DNA of 54,718 nucleotides from a virus (Duplodnaviria; Caudoviricetes), in the IMG/VR virus record IMGVR_UViG_3300042535_000010, positions 1-54,718 of that record. One strand, written 5' to 3'. The position numbers and the translations under genes are program-made. Position 1 is the stretch's first letter; the number at the start of each line of letters is the position of its first letter. Positions 35,323-43,503 of this stretch are shown in pieces. The notes under the pieces were generated by a model that searched no databases, had not been told where the DNA came from, and saw only the letters and a list, made by a program, of their open reading frames with translations.

Positions 35323-36369
35323 GTGACCGCCTATCGCTATGATACCATTGGGACTGTTCAGGGCTTCGAGCGCACCTCGCACGGGTTCCTGCGCGTGGAC
35401 GCACGTCTGACCAGGACCGGGGTCCTGCCCTACACCACGAGCTCGGGTGTGCGCCGAGAGCTGCGCCAGGACTCCGAGGTGTTCGCGCCGCAGAGCCTGG
35501 CCACGGCCCGCGCAGGCGTCCCGATCACGGTAGGCCACGTGGCCGCGCTGACCACGCAGAACCTGAGCGCGAAGGTCGGACAGTCCGTGACCGACGCCAC
35601 GCGCGAGGGCCGCTACCTGCGCGCCACGCTCCAGATCGAGGACCCGGCCACGATCGCCAAGGTCGAAGCGGGTGAGCTCCGGGATATTTCCATGGGCTAC
35701 ACCGCGGTCATGCGCTCGGACTCAGGCGCGGGCTACGACGCGATCCAGACCCAGATCCGATACAACCACATCGCCTTGCTGCCGCGCGGACAGGGGCGCG
35801 CCGGAACTGACGTCAGTCTGCGACTAGACACCTCCGAGGATGTGGGCTACACTACGGACATGGCACAGATTCAGATTGGCAGCGAGACATTCGAAGTGCC
35901 CGAGCAGGTGGCCTCGGCCTACAGCTCGGCGCAAGGCCAAGTCGCTGCGCTCGCCGCGCGCGCTGACGCCGCAGAGGCGAAGGTGTCCGAGGTCTCGGCC
36001 CGCGCCGACGCAGCGGACGCGCAGGTCGCGTCGCTCTCGGCTGTGGACCACACGCCCGCCATCGCGCAGGGTGTGACCGATCGCCTCGCGCTTCTCGAGC
36101 GCGTTCGCGCAAGCTTCCCCGCGTTCGCCTACTCCGGTCAGTCAGACGACCAGATCAAGGCCGAAGTCGTGGCCGCCAAGGGCGTGCGCGCTGACGGCAA
36201 GGACTCGGCCTGGATCTCTGGCGCGTTCGAGGCCGTGTGCTCCGCGCCCGTCGTGGCAGCGCCGCCTGCCGCCAGCGAGCAGAAGCTCGACAAGAAGGAT
36301 GAGCCCAAGGGCCCCGACGCAGAGCGCGAGGCGATGATCGCCCGCCGCAACGCAAAGTTTTCGCGCTAA
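35323..36369 (+). CDS. Prohead protease/scaffold (DUF2213)
   Basis: GFLRVDARLTRTGV, PITVGH, ISMGY, YNHIALL..GRAG; Ala-rich C-terminal half; TGC-TACACT-N7-GTG. Confidence 0.92.
   Translation: MTAYRYDTIGTVQGFERTSHGFLRVDARLTRTGVLPYTTSSGVRRELRQDSEVFAPQSLATARAGVPITVGHVAALTTQNLSAKVGQSVTDATREGRYLRATLQIEDPATIAKVEAGELRDISMGYTAVMRSDSGAGYDAIQTQIRYNHIALLPRGQGRAGTDVSLRLDTSEDVGYTTDMAQIQIGSETFEVPEQVASAYSSAQGQVAALAARADAAEAKVSEVSARADAADAQVASLSAVDHTPAIAQGVTDRLALLERVRASFPAFAYSGQSDDQIKAEVVAAKGVRADGKDSAWISGAFEAVCSAPVVAAPPAASEQKLDKKDEPKGPDAEREAMIARRNAKFSR
35860..36369 (+). CDS. Probable internally initiated scaffolding protein
   Basis: In-frame ATG (MAQIQIGSETFEV) preceded by GGC-TACACT-N6. Confidence 0.6.
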   Translation: MAQIQIGSETFEVPEQVASAYSSAQGQVAALAARADAAEAKVSEVSARADAADAQVASLSAVDHTPAIAQGVTDRLALLERVRASFPAFAYSGQSDDQIKAEVVAAKGVRADGKDSAWISGAFEAVCSAPVVAAPPAASEQKLDKKDEPKGPDAEREAMIARRNAKFSR

Positions 36370-36393
36370 CGAGAGACCAAGGAAAACAGACAC

Positions 36394-36891
36394 ATGGCTA
36401 TTCAGACCAGCTTCACCACGTCACACACGGTCGCTCTCGAAGGCGCGATCTGTGACGCCGCGCCTGCGGAATGCAAGGCAGCCGTGGCCTCGGCCGCGGT
36501 CAACATCGGCACGCTCGTCTCGATCGACACGACGCGCCCGACTGGCTACGACACACGCGGCCCCACGCTGGTCGAGAACCCGACCACGTCCGGCGCTGTG
36601 ACCGGCAACCTCGTGTACGGCGTGGTCGTGCGTCCTGACAACCGCCAGGACCAGAGCGCGCTCGCGATCGGCGAAGTGTTCGACGTCCTGTCGCGCGGCC
36701 GAATCTGGGTCAAGGCTGAGGAAGCCGTCGCCGTGGGCGACCCGGTTTTCGCGCGCTACGCAGCGGGCGGCAACGGCGTAGGCGCGCTGGGCATGCAGGC
36801 CGGCACGTCAGAGCGCGCACAGGTGGCGGGCGCCCGTTGGCTCTCGGCCGCGAGCGCGAACGGTCTCGCGATGGTGGAGATCCAAGGCTGA
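36394..36891 (+). CDS. Head decoration/cement protein
   Basis: MAIQTSF; VLSRGRIWVKAEEAVAVGDPV; directly before MCP; AAGGA SD. Confidence 0.85.
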   Translation: MAIQTSFTTSHTVALEGAICDAAPAECKAAVASAAVNIGTLVSIDTTRPTGYDTRGPTLVENPTTSGAVTGNLVYGVVVRPDNRQDQSALAIGEVFDVLSRGRIWVKAEEAVAVGDPVFARYAAGGNGVGALGMQAGTSERAQVAGARWLSAASANGLAMVEIQG

Positions 36892-36930
36892 TAGTGGGGA
36901 CCCCCACGAAAGGTAGATGAGAGAGTTCCC

Positions 36931-37926
36931 ATGTCTAAGCACCTGAAAGCGATCGAAACCCTCCTGGGCCAGACCGAGTCCAAGGCGGACGCGAAGGATA
37001 GCCCCTTCCTCGCCCTGCAACTCGAGCAGCTCGAGACCGAGATCTACAAGACCGAGTATCCCGACCTGATGTTCCGGCAGGTGATGCCGGTCAAGTCGAG
37101 CGGCCTCAACCCCGGCGCTGAGACCTTCGCGTACCGCGTCTACGACTGGTTCGGCGCGGCGAAGTTCATCTCGTCCAAGACCGAGGACCTGCCCTTGGTC
37201 GACTTTGCGGGCGAAAAGTTCGCCGGCAAGTTCGAGCTCCTGGGCGCTGCGTTCAAGGTCAGCCTGGACGAGCTGATGGCCGCTGCCTTCGCGGGCGTGG
37301 CGATCGAGGCCGAGAAGTCGAGCGCGGCAGCCGAGAGCATCGAGCGCAAGCTCGATAGCGTGGCAGCACGCGGCGACGTCGAGGTGGGCTTCAAGGGCTT
37401 CCTGAACCACAGCGACGTGACCATCATCGCGACGCAGACGGCCGAGTCAGTGACCACGTGGGCCGCGAAGCTCGCGCTTGCCAGCGGCAAGGGTCCGACG
37501 CACATCCTGAACGACCTGCACTACGCGGCGCAGAAGATCGTGACCGACAGCAAGGGCAAGATTCGGCCTGACCGCATGGTCATCCCGACCCAGCTCTACG
37601 GCTTGATCGCGACCACGCCGATGAACTCGACGGGTCAGAGCGACGCGACGATCTTGAGCACGTTCCTCAAGACCTCGCCCTTCATCAAGTCCGAGAGCCA
37701 GATCTCGGTGTGGTACCAGGCTGACACCGCATCGGCGGGCGGCACGGGTCGCATCGTGTTCTACAAGGCGGACCGCCGCTACATGGAGTTCTACGAGAGC
37801 CAGCCCCTCAAGGTGCTGCCGGGCCAGCCCAAGGGCCTGTGCGTGACCGTGCCAATGTACGCCAAGTGCGGTGGCCTGGTTTTGCGCATGCCGCCCGCGA
37901 TCCGCTACCTGGACGGCGCCGAGTGA
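36931..37926 (+). CDS. Major capsid protein (DUF2184-type)
   Basis: FLALQLEQLETEIY, DLPLVD, GFLNH, GGLVLRMP.AIRYLDG. Confidence 0.92.
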   Translation: MSKHLKAIETLLGQTESKADAKDSPFLALQLEQLETEIYKTEYPDLMFRQVMPVKSSGLNPGAETFAYRVYDWFGAAKFISSKTEDLPLVDFAGEKFAGKFELLGAAFKVSLDELMAAAFAGVAIEAEKSSAAAESIERKLDSVAARGDVEVGFKGFLNHSDVTIIATQTAESVTTWAAKLALASGKGPTHILNDLHYAAQKIVTDSKGKIRPDRMVIPTQLYGLIATTPMNSTGQSDATILSTFLKTSPFIKSESQISVWYQADTASAGGTGRIVFYKADRRYMEFYESQPLKVLPGQPKGLCVTVPMYAKCGGLVLRMPPAIRYLDGAE

Positions 37927-37950
37927 GCCTAGCCTGAGCTAGGACAAAGG

Positions 37951-37984
37951 AGGCCCAGGGCGCTTGCTCTGGGCCTTTTCTTTT
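37951..37984 (+). terminator. Rho-independent terminator after MCP
   Basis: AGGCCCAGGGC-GCTT-GCTCTGGGCCT then TTTCTTTT. Confidence 0.85.
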
Positions 37985-37998
37985 GCTAGACCACACGT

Positions 37999-38382
37999 AT
38001 GGAAATCAAGCTCAACACACGCGGGGGCCTGGAAGTGGACAAGCTAGTGCTTGCCCCGGGCTACAACACGGTCGCTGACGACGTCTGGACCGATGCCGAG
38101 AAACACCCGCTCGTGCAGACCCTGCTCGCGCAGGACGTGCTCGAGATCGCGACCCCGGTCAAGCCCCGGAAGCTGGCGCCCGGCGCCGCGCCCAAGCAGC
38201 TGCGCGGTATCGCGCTGCCCGAGGTCAAGACCCTGATCGCGGAGTGCACGGACCGCGCGCAGCTCTTGGCCTGGCTGCCCACTGACAGCCGCAAGGATGT
38301 GAAGGCCGCGCTCCAGAAGCGCGCCGATGCTCTGTACGAGATCGCGGTCAAGGAGGCAGCCAATGGCGACTCCGACGATTGA
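37999..38382 (+). CDS. Head-associated hypothetical protein
   Basis: LAPGYNTV..W...HP motif after MCP; TGC-TAGACC-N6-ATG. Confidence 0.7.
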   Translation: MEIKLNTRGGLEVDKLVLAPGYNTVADDVWTDAEKHPLVQTLLAQDVLEIATPVKPRKLAPGAAPKQLRGIALPEVKTLIAECTDRAQLLAWLPTDSRKDVKAALQKRADALYEIAVKEAANGDSDD

Positions 38383-38656
38383 GAGATTTGCGAGCTTCTT
38401 CAAGGAGTTCCAATCGGCTGTAGACGCTAGCCCGGACATGGTCCAGGCGCATCTCGACGCCGCCTTGCCTTGCATCTCCGAGAGCTACTTCGAAGGCGCG
38501 TACGAAATGTGCGTCTACTACCAGACCGCGCACAGCCTGAGCCTGAGCCCGTTCGGCACGCAAGCGGCACTCAAGGACGCGCCAGGTGAGACCGTGTACT
38601 CGGCCGCGCTCAAGGTCCATCGCTCGCGCCTGAGCGCGCGCATGCTCCAGCCATGA
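38363..38656 (+). CDS. Head-tail adaptor (DUF4054-like)
   Basis: F...FKEF..., TAHSLSL, TVY; AAGGAGG SD. Confidence 0.75.
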   Translation: MATPTIERFASFFKEFQSAVDASPDMVQAHLDAALPCISESYFEGAYEMCVYYQTAHSLSLSPFGTQAALKDAPGETVYSAALKVHRSRLSARMLQP

Positions 38657-39084
38657 AGCTGGAAGTCCGCCACAACCTCGAGGCGCTGAAGCCACCCAAG
38701 GACGCCCACGTAAAAGTGGGCGTCCTGAACGGCGACCAGAAGCCATACCAAGGGCAGGATGTCACGCTCGGTGTGCTCTCGCACATCCTACATGACGGCA
38801 CCGGGACCGCGCCCGCTCGCCCGTTCCTGCGCGCGGCCCTAGCGCGGCCGGAGATGGCGGCGACCTTGACCAAGATCGCGACCCAGGTCGCGCAGGGCAA
38901 GATGACCCAGGCACGCGGGCTCGCGCTACTCGGAGAGTACGCGCGCGGGCTCGTCATCCGGCGCATAGTGGAGCGGGACTACGCGCCGAACGCCCCTAGC
39001 ACGATCGCGGCCAAAGGCTCAGACACGCCTCTGGTAGACGAGGGCATACTCAAGGGTAGCATCACCTACAAGGTAGAACAATGA
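38653..39084 (+). CDS. Neck protein
   Basis: VKVGV, GT..APARPFLR, PNAPSTIAAKGSDTPLVDEG.L..SITY. Confidence 0.85.
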   Translation: MKLEVRHNLEALKPPKDAHVKVGVLNGDQKPYQGQDVTLGVLSHILHDGTGTAPARPFLRAALARPEMAATLTKIATQVAQGKMTQARGLALLGEYARGLVIRRIVERDYAPNAPSTIAAKGSDTPLVDEGILKGSITYKVEQ

Positions 39085-39623
39085 GCGACCTAAACTCCAT
39101 GGAGAACGCCCTGAAAACGCTCGGCAGCTGGGCAACCGGGATCCCGTGGGAGATCGAGAGCCAGCCTCGGCAGATGCCTCAGCCTCCCGCGTTCGGTATC
39201 TGGGTCGGCCCGGACCAGCTCACCAACGCGGGTCGGGACTACTACAAGGTAGAGCCTGTCACCGGGCGCGCCTCGGTCCATGCCTGGCGCACGTGCGTGG
39301 TCTCGGCCAAGATCGTGACCTACAGCCAGGCGGGGAACAAGCGCGCGCAGTGGCTGATGCAACAGCTGATTATGGCGCTCGCGCTCCCGGACGTGAGCCC
39401 GGCACTGGCCGCCGCTGGGTTGGCCGTCGCGCGCATCGGCGCCGCGCGCAGCTTCGATACGACCGGGGTCACCAAGCGGGTCGAGTCGATTGCGGTGTGC
39501 GACCTGACCCTGAACTGGGTGCCCTCGGCCCTGAGTCCCGCTACGGACTACGGTGTGATCCGCTCGGTGTCAGGGACCATGCTCCTGGACGGCAGTAGCA
39601 GCGCTTGGCAGGTCGGCCCATAA
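39081..39623 (+). CDS. Tail terminator/neck protein
   Basis: Directly before sheath; size and pattern. Confidence 0.65.
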   Translation: MSDLNSMENALKTLGSWATGIPWEIESQPRQMPQPPAFGIWVGPDQLTNAGRDYYKVEPVTGRASVHAWRTCVVSAKIVTYSQAGNKRAQWLMQQLIMALALPDVSPALAAAGLAVARIGAARSFDTTGVTKRVESIAVCDLTLNWVPSALSPATDYGVIRSVSGTMLLDGSSSAWQVGP

Positions 39624-39625
39624 GG

Positions 39626-39656
39626 TGCTACACTCTGTGGCAGGAGACAGCGATAC
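39626..39656 (+). promoter_or_regulatory. Extended -10 promoter with short SD-containing leader (sheath)
   Basis: TGC-TACACT then AGGAG before ATG 39657. Confidence 0.7.
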
Positions 39657-40955
39657 ATGTCAGATCTCGATTCCATCGTGCAGGTGAGCATCACCCTGGA
39701 GTCCGCGGCTATCGATGTCGCGGGTTTCGGCGTGCCCCTCGTTCTCGGGCACCACAGCGCCTTTGCGGACGTGGTCAGGAGCTACGAGGCGAGCACGGCG
39801 CTGGCTGACCTGGTCGCCGATGGCATCCCGAGCACGAGCCGGATCTACCAGGCTGTGGCCGCCATCATGAGCGCGACGCCCCGCGTGGCCGAGATCAAGG
39901 TCGGCAAGTCGAGCACGGCCGTGGCCCAGATCACGCATGTGACCCCGAGCTCGGCTGCTAACGATACGGTCTACAGCTGCAAGGTCAACGGCACGGTCGC
40001 GACGTTCACGTCAGACGGCACCGCGCTGCTGGCCGAGATCTGCACCGGCCTCGCCGCGGCAATCGACGCGCTCCCGCTCGTGACCGCGACCAGCGACGGC
40101 ACGAAGGTCATTGTCGCGACCACGCTCGCGGACAGCACGGCGACTATCAACACCCCGGTCATGGTCAAGATCGACGATGCGACCGTGGCGACCGGCCTGG
40201 CCGCTGACCTCGACGCGATCGTGGCCGTGGACGATGGCTGGTATGCCCTCGCGATCGCCAGCTGCGGCAACGCGGACAAGCTCGCGGTCTCGGCATGGGT
40301 CGAGGCCCACACCAAGATCTTCGGCACGACCCTGCAGGGCACGCGCGCTGGCGACGTCTCGGACACGACCGACACGGCGACCACGCTCGGCGCCTACCTG
40401 CGCACGTTCTGGCAATATCACTCGGACCCCAGCGCATTCTCCGCGGAGAAGCTCATGGGCCAGCGCCTGCCCTCGGACCCGAGCTATGGCAAGACCTGGG
40501 CCTTCCGCCAGACAGGCACCGCGCCCGAGAGCCTCTCGACCACGTTCAAGAACGCTGTCAAGTCCAAGGGCGGCAACGTCCTCGAGACCCGCGCGGGCGT
40601 CGCGATCAACATGCCGGGCGTCATGGCCGAGGGCGGCCGATTCGTGGACCAGACCACGCTCATCGACGAGCTGACGGCACGGATCCAGGAGCGGGTCTAC
40701 GCCGCGCTACTGAACGACCTGCCGTACACGAACGAGTCCGCGGACGCGATCTGCGGCGAGATCTTGGGCGAGCTCCAGACGCACGTAGACCGCGGCTCGA
40801 TCGCGGCCTCGCCCAAGCCCACGTGCACGTTCACCCCAGTGGAGAACGTGAGCTCGGTCAACCGCGCTGCTCGTCACCTCCCTGACATCGTGTTCGCCGC
40901 GCAAACCGCGGGCCGCATCCACAGCGTCGCAATCCAGGGCAAGCTCACCGTATGA
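39657..40955 (+). CDS. Tail sheath protein (DUF3383)
   Basis: DSIVQVSITL..GFGVPLVLG; TWAF; LPYT; AGRIHSVAIQGKL. Confidence 0.92.
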   Translation: MSDLDSIVQVSITLESAAIDVAGFGVPLVLGHHSAFADVVRSYEASTALADLVADGIPSTSRIYQAVAAIMSATPRVAEIKVGKSSTAVAQITHVTPSSAANDTVYSCKVNGTVATFTSDGTALLAEICTGLAAAIDALPLVTATSDGTKVIVATTLADSTATINTPVMVKIDDATVATGLAADLDAIVAVDDGWYALAIASCGNADKLAVSAWVEAHTKIFGTTLQGTRAGDVSDTTDTATTLGAYLRTFWQYHSDPSAFSAEKLMGQRLPSDPSYGKTWAFRQTGTAPESLSTTFKNAVKSKGGNVLETRAGVAINMPGVMAEGGRFVDQTTLIDELTARIQERVYAALLNDLPYTNESADAICGEILGELQTHVDRGSIAASPKPTCTFTPVENVSSVNRAARHLPDIVFAAQTAGRIHSVAIQGKLTV

Positions 40956-41359
40956 AAAACTACAATCAATCCGACGTGACCCTGTCCTGCGGCGGCGTGC
41001 AACTGCGCGGCTACGCCGAGGGTCAGTTCTGCAAGATCGCCTTCGTGACGCCCCTGTTCAGCGACAAGGCCGGGACCGACGGCGACGTCTCGCGCTCGCA
41101 GTCGGCCGACCGGCGCGCGACCGTCGAGGTCAGCCTGATGCAGACCTCAGACTCAAACGACTACCTCAGCGGCATTGCTGCGCTGGGCGACGCGGGCGTG
41201 TTCTCACTTCTGGTTCGCGACCGTAACGGGCGCTCGCTCTACCAGGCAGCGCAAGCGTGGATCGAGGGCGAGCCCGAGATCATGTTCGATGGTGTGGCCA
41301 CGAGCCGTGTGTGGAAGATCAAGTGCGCGAAGCTGGTCGCCTTCACTGGCGGCAACTGA
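40952..41359 (+). CDS. Tail tube protein (DUF3277)
   Basis: KNYNQSDV, GTDGDVSRS, LMQTSDSNDYLS, RVWKI. Confidence 0.9.
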   Translation: MKNYNQSDVTLSCGGVQLRGYAEGQFCKIAFVTPLFSDKAGTDGDVSRSQSADRRATVEVSLMQTSDSNDYLSGIAALGDAGVFSLLVRDRNGRSLYQAAQAWIEGEPEIMFDGVATSRVWKIKCAKLVAFTGGN

Positions 41360-41381
41360 GCGCGTGACAGGACTTTGGGAG

Positions 41382-41410
41382 GGGCTGGCCTGAAAACAGG
41401 CTGGCCCTTT
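41382..41410 (+). terminator. Hairpin terminator after tail tube
   Basis: GGGCTGGCCTG-AAAA-CAGGCTGGCCC-TTT. Confidence 0.7.
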
Positions 41411-41436
41411 CCTATTCAGGGTGCTAGACCAAGTGT

Positions 41437-41613
41437 ATGGACAGCAGCAGACTAGGGTTCTACTTCCGCGACATCGAGGAAGGGGACGCACAGCCCAGCA
41501 CGAACGAGTGCCCCAAGTGCGGCGACATGCGCCAGGACCCGCGAGAGCCCTACTGCTGCGGGCGCCGCTGCGGATGGATGCCTCGCAAGCGCCGTGAGCG
41601 TGATGAGGATTGA
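41437..41613 (+). CDS. 58-aa zinc-ribbon protein leading the TerL unit
   Basis: Hand-translated MDSSRLGFY..CPKCG..CCGRRC; TGC-TAGACC-N6-ATG. Confidence 0.55.
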   Translation: MDSSRLGFYFRDIEEGDAQPSTNECPKCGDMRQDPREPYCCGRRCGWMPRKRRERDED

Positions 41614-43003
41614 GCCCCAGGCAGGGTTCCAGACCCGCTTCTCGGGCTGCTCTGCCGACATCGCGGTAGCAGGCTCGGGCGCGGGCGTGGGAAAGACCCA
41701 CATCATGCTCATGGAGGCTGCGCGATGGCACAAGCGCAAGGGATACCAGGGCGTGATCTTCCGCCGTGAGTCGACCGACCTGACAATCGGCGGCGGTCTG
41801 TGGGACGAGGCCTCGAAGATGTATCCGCTCCTGGGCGCGCGCCTCCGCGCGGGTGCGGAGATGGACGCGACTTGGACGTCTGGCGCACGCGTACAGTTCC
41901 GCGGCATGCAGAAGGAATCCGACATGTACGGGTTCCAGGGTGCGCAGTTTGCGTTTGTGGGCTTTGATGAGGCGACGCACTTCACCGAGGCTCAGGTGTG
42001 GTATCTGTGGTCACGCTGTCGCTCGACCTGTGGCGTCAAGCCCTACATGCGCCTGACCTGCAACCCGGATCCGGACTCGTTCTTGTTCCAGTGGGTGCTG
42101 CCTTGGATCGACGTGGAGACCGGCCTGCCGAAGCCCGAGCTCGCGGGCAGGGTCATGTGGATCACTCGCGACGCAGACGACCAGATCAGGCACTTCCTCT
42201 CGGCCGAGGACTGTCAGGCGTTCATGAACCAGCTCGGCCGCAAGGGCCGGCCAATCAGCCTGGCGTTCCTGCCCGGCCGCCTGGACGAGAACCGGCTCGG
42301 GGACCCGGACTACGCCGCGCGGCTCGAGATGATGGATCGGGTCCAGCGCGCGCGCCTGCTCGGCGGCAGCTGGACGGCGCGGTATACCGCGGGGTCGATG
42401 TTCCAGCGAGGCTGGTTCGATGTCCTGGACCAGTGCCCGCCCGCGGACCAGTTCAAGTTCGTGGTGCGTGGCTTCGACCGAGCGGGCTCGGCAGACCCCA
42501 AGGCCGACGCCTCGGGCACGGTCAAGATCGGGCTGCTCAAGAGCGGCGGGCTCGTGTTCATGCACGCGGACCAGCAGAACCTGGAGCCCGGAGCGGTTAC
42601 CGCGTGGCAGGCGCACTACGTCAAGGCCGACGGGCGCGGCACTGTGCAGGCTCTCTGGCAGGACCCCGGACAGGCGGGGAAGGACCAGAACGAGACCCTG
42701 ACCAAGGCGTTGCGCGAGGCGTACCCCGCCGCGGATATCCGACACATCCCGGCTACGAAGGACAAGGTAACCTACGCCTCGATCCTGTCTGCTATGTGTG
42801 ACCCGCAGAGCCGAAAGGCGCCCGCTTACATCGTGCGCGCCCCGTGGAACGAGCAGCTACTTACGGCTATGACCATCTTTCCTAATAAACGGCTGGGCAA
42901 GATAGACCTGATCGACGCAGCGAGCCGCGCAGGTCTAGAGGTGTCGAAGCTCACAACATCCTTCGCCAGCGCGTTTATGGCCGGACTCGGTAGGCAGGGA
43001 TGA
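41594..43003 (+). CDS. terL: Terminase large subunit
   Basis: EPQAGFQ, GAGVGKT, FDEATHF, TCNPD, nuclease GFDRA...IDAASRA. Confidence 0.93.
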   Translation: MSVMRIEPQAGFQTRFSGCSADIAVAGSGAGVGKTHIMLMEAARWHKRKGYQGVIFRRESTDLTIGGGLWDEASKMYPLLGARLRAGAEMDATWTSGARVQFRGMQKESDMYGFQGAQFAFVGFDEATHFTEAQVWYLWSRCRSTCGVKPYMRLTCNPDPDSFLFQWVLPWIDVETGLPKPELAGRVMWITRDADDQIRHFLSAEDCQAFMNQLGRKGRPISLAFLPGRLDENRLGDPDYAARLEMMDRVQRARLLGGSWTARYTAGSMFQRGWFDVLDQCPPADQFKFVVRGFDRAGSADPKADASGTVKIGLLKSGGLVFMHADQQNLEPGAVTAWQAHYVKADGRGTVQALWQDPGQAGKDQNETLTKALREAYPAADIRHIPATKDKVTYASILSAMCDPQSRKAPAYIVRAPWNEQLLTAMTIFPNKRLGKIDLIDAASRAGLEVSKLTTSFASAFMAGLGRQG

Positions 43004-43491
43004 AAGCCTGTAAGCACAGCCAAGTTCCGTGCGCGAAATGTCTGGCGCGACGCCAGTACATGCGCGACTGGAAGGCAGCGAACACCACTCCGGAGAAGAA
43101 AAATCGCTGGGCGGAGGCCGAGGCGCGACGATACCAGGCACGTAAGGACGATCCAGAGTTTCGGGAGTATGTGCGTACTGCCCAGAAACGCAGATACCGG
43201 GAGAACAAGCACGTCCGCGATGCGTCCCGCGCCCAGCAGCTCCGAGCTAAGTTTGGCTTGACACCGGAGCAGGTAGAGGCGATGGCAGAGACGCAGGGTC
43301 AGGCATGCGCATCGTGTGCGCGTCCGTTCAAGACGCCTAAACAACGACATGTAGACCACTGTCACACTACAGGAAAGGTCCGAGGCCTACTGTGTCATGG
43401 CTGCAACACGGGGATCGGATTGTTCCGTGAAGACCCGGACGCACTCCGCGCCGCGATTCAATACCTCGACCGCCACCGGACTTCAGGCTAG
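43000..43491 (+). CDS. Endonuclease VII-family endonuclease, copy 1
   Basis: CASC..HVDHCHTTGKVRGLLCHGCN.GIG. Confidence 0.9.
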   Translation: MKACKHSQVPCAKCLARRQYMRDWKAANTTPEKKNRWAEAEARRYQARKDDPEFREYVRTAQKRRYRENKHVRDASRAQQLRAKFGLTPEQVEAMAETQGQACASCARPFKTPKQRHVDHCHTTGKVRGLLCHGCNTGIGLFREDPDALRAAIQYLDRHRTSG

Positions 43492-43503
43492 GATACATAC
43501 ATC

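Noticed and set aside
36888-36912. Hammerhead-like CTGATAG-hairpin-GAAA upstream of MCP
   Set aside because: Core lacks G8 (CUGAUA rather than CUGANGA) and I found no stems I or III; more likely a simple leader hairpin
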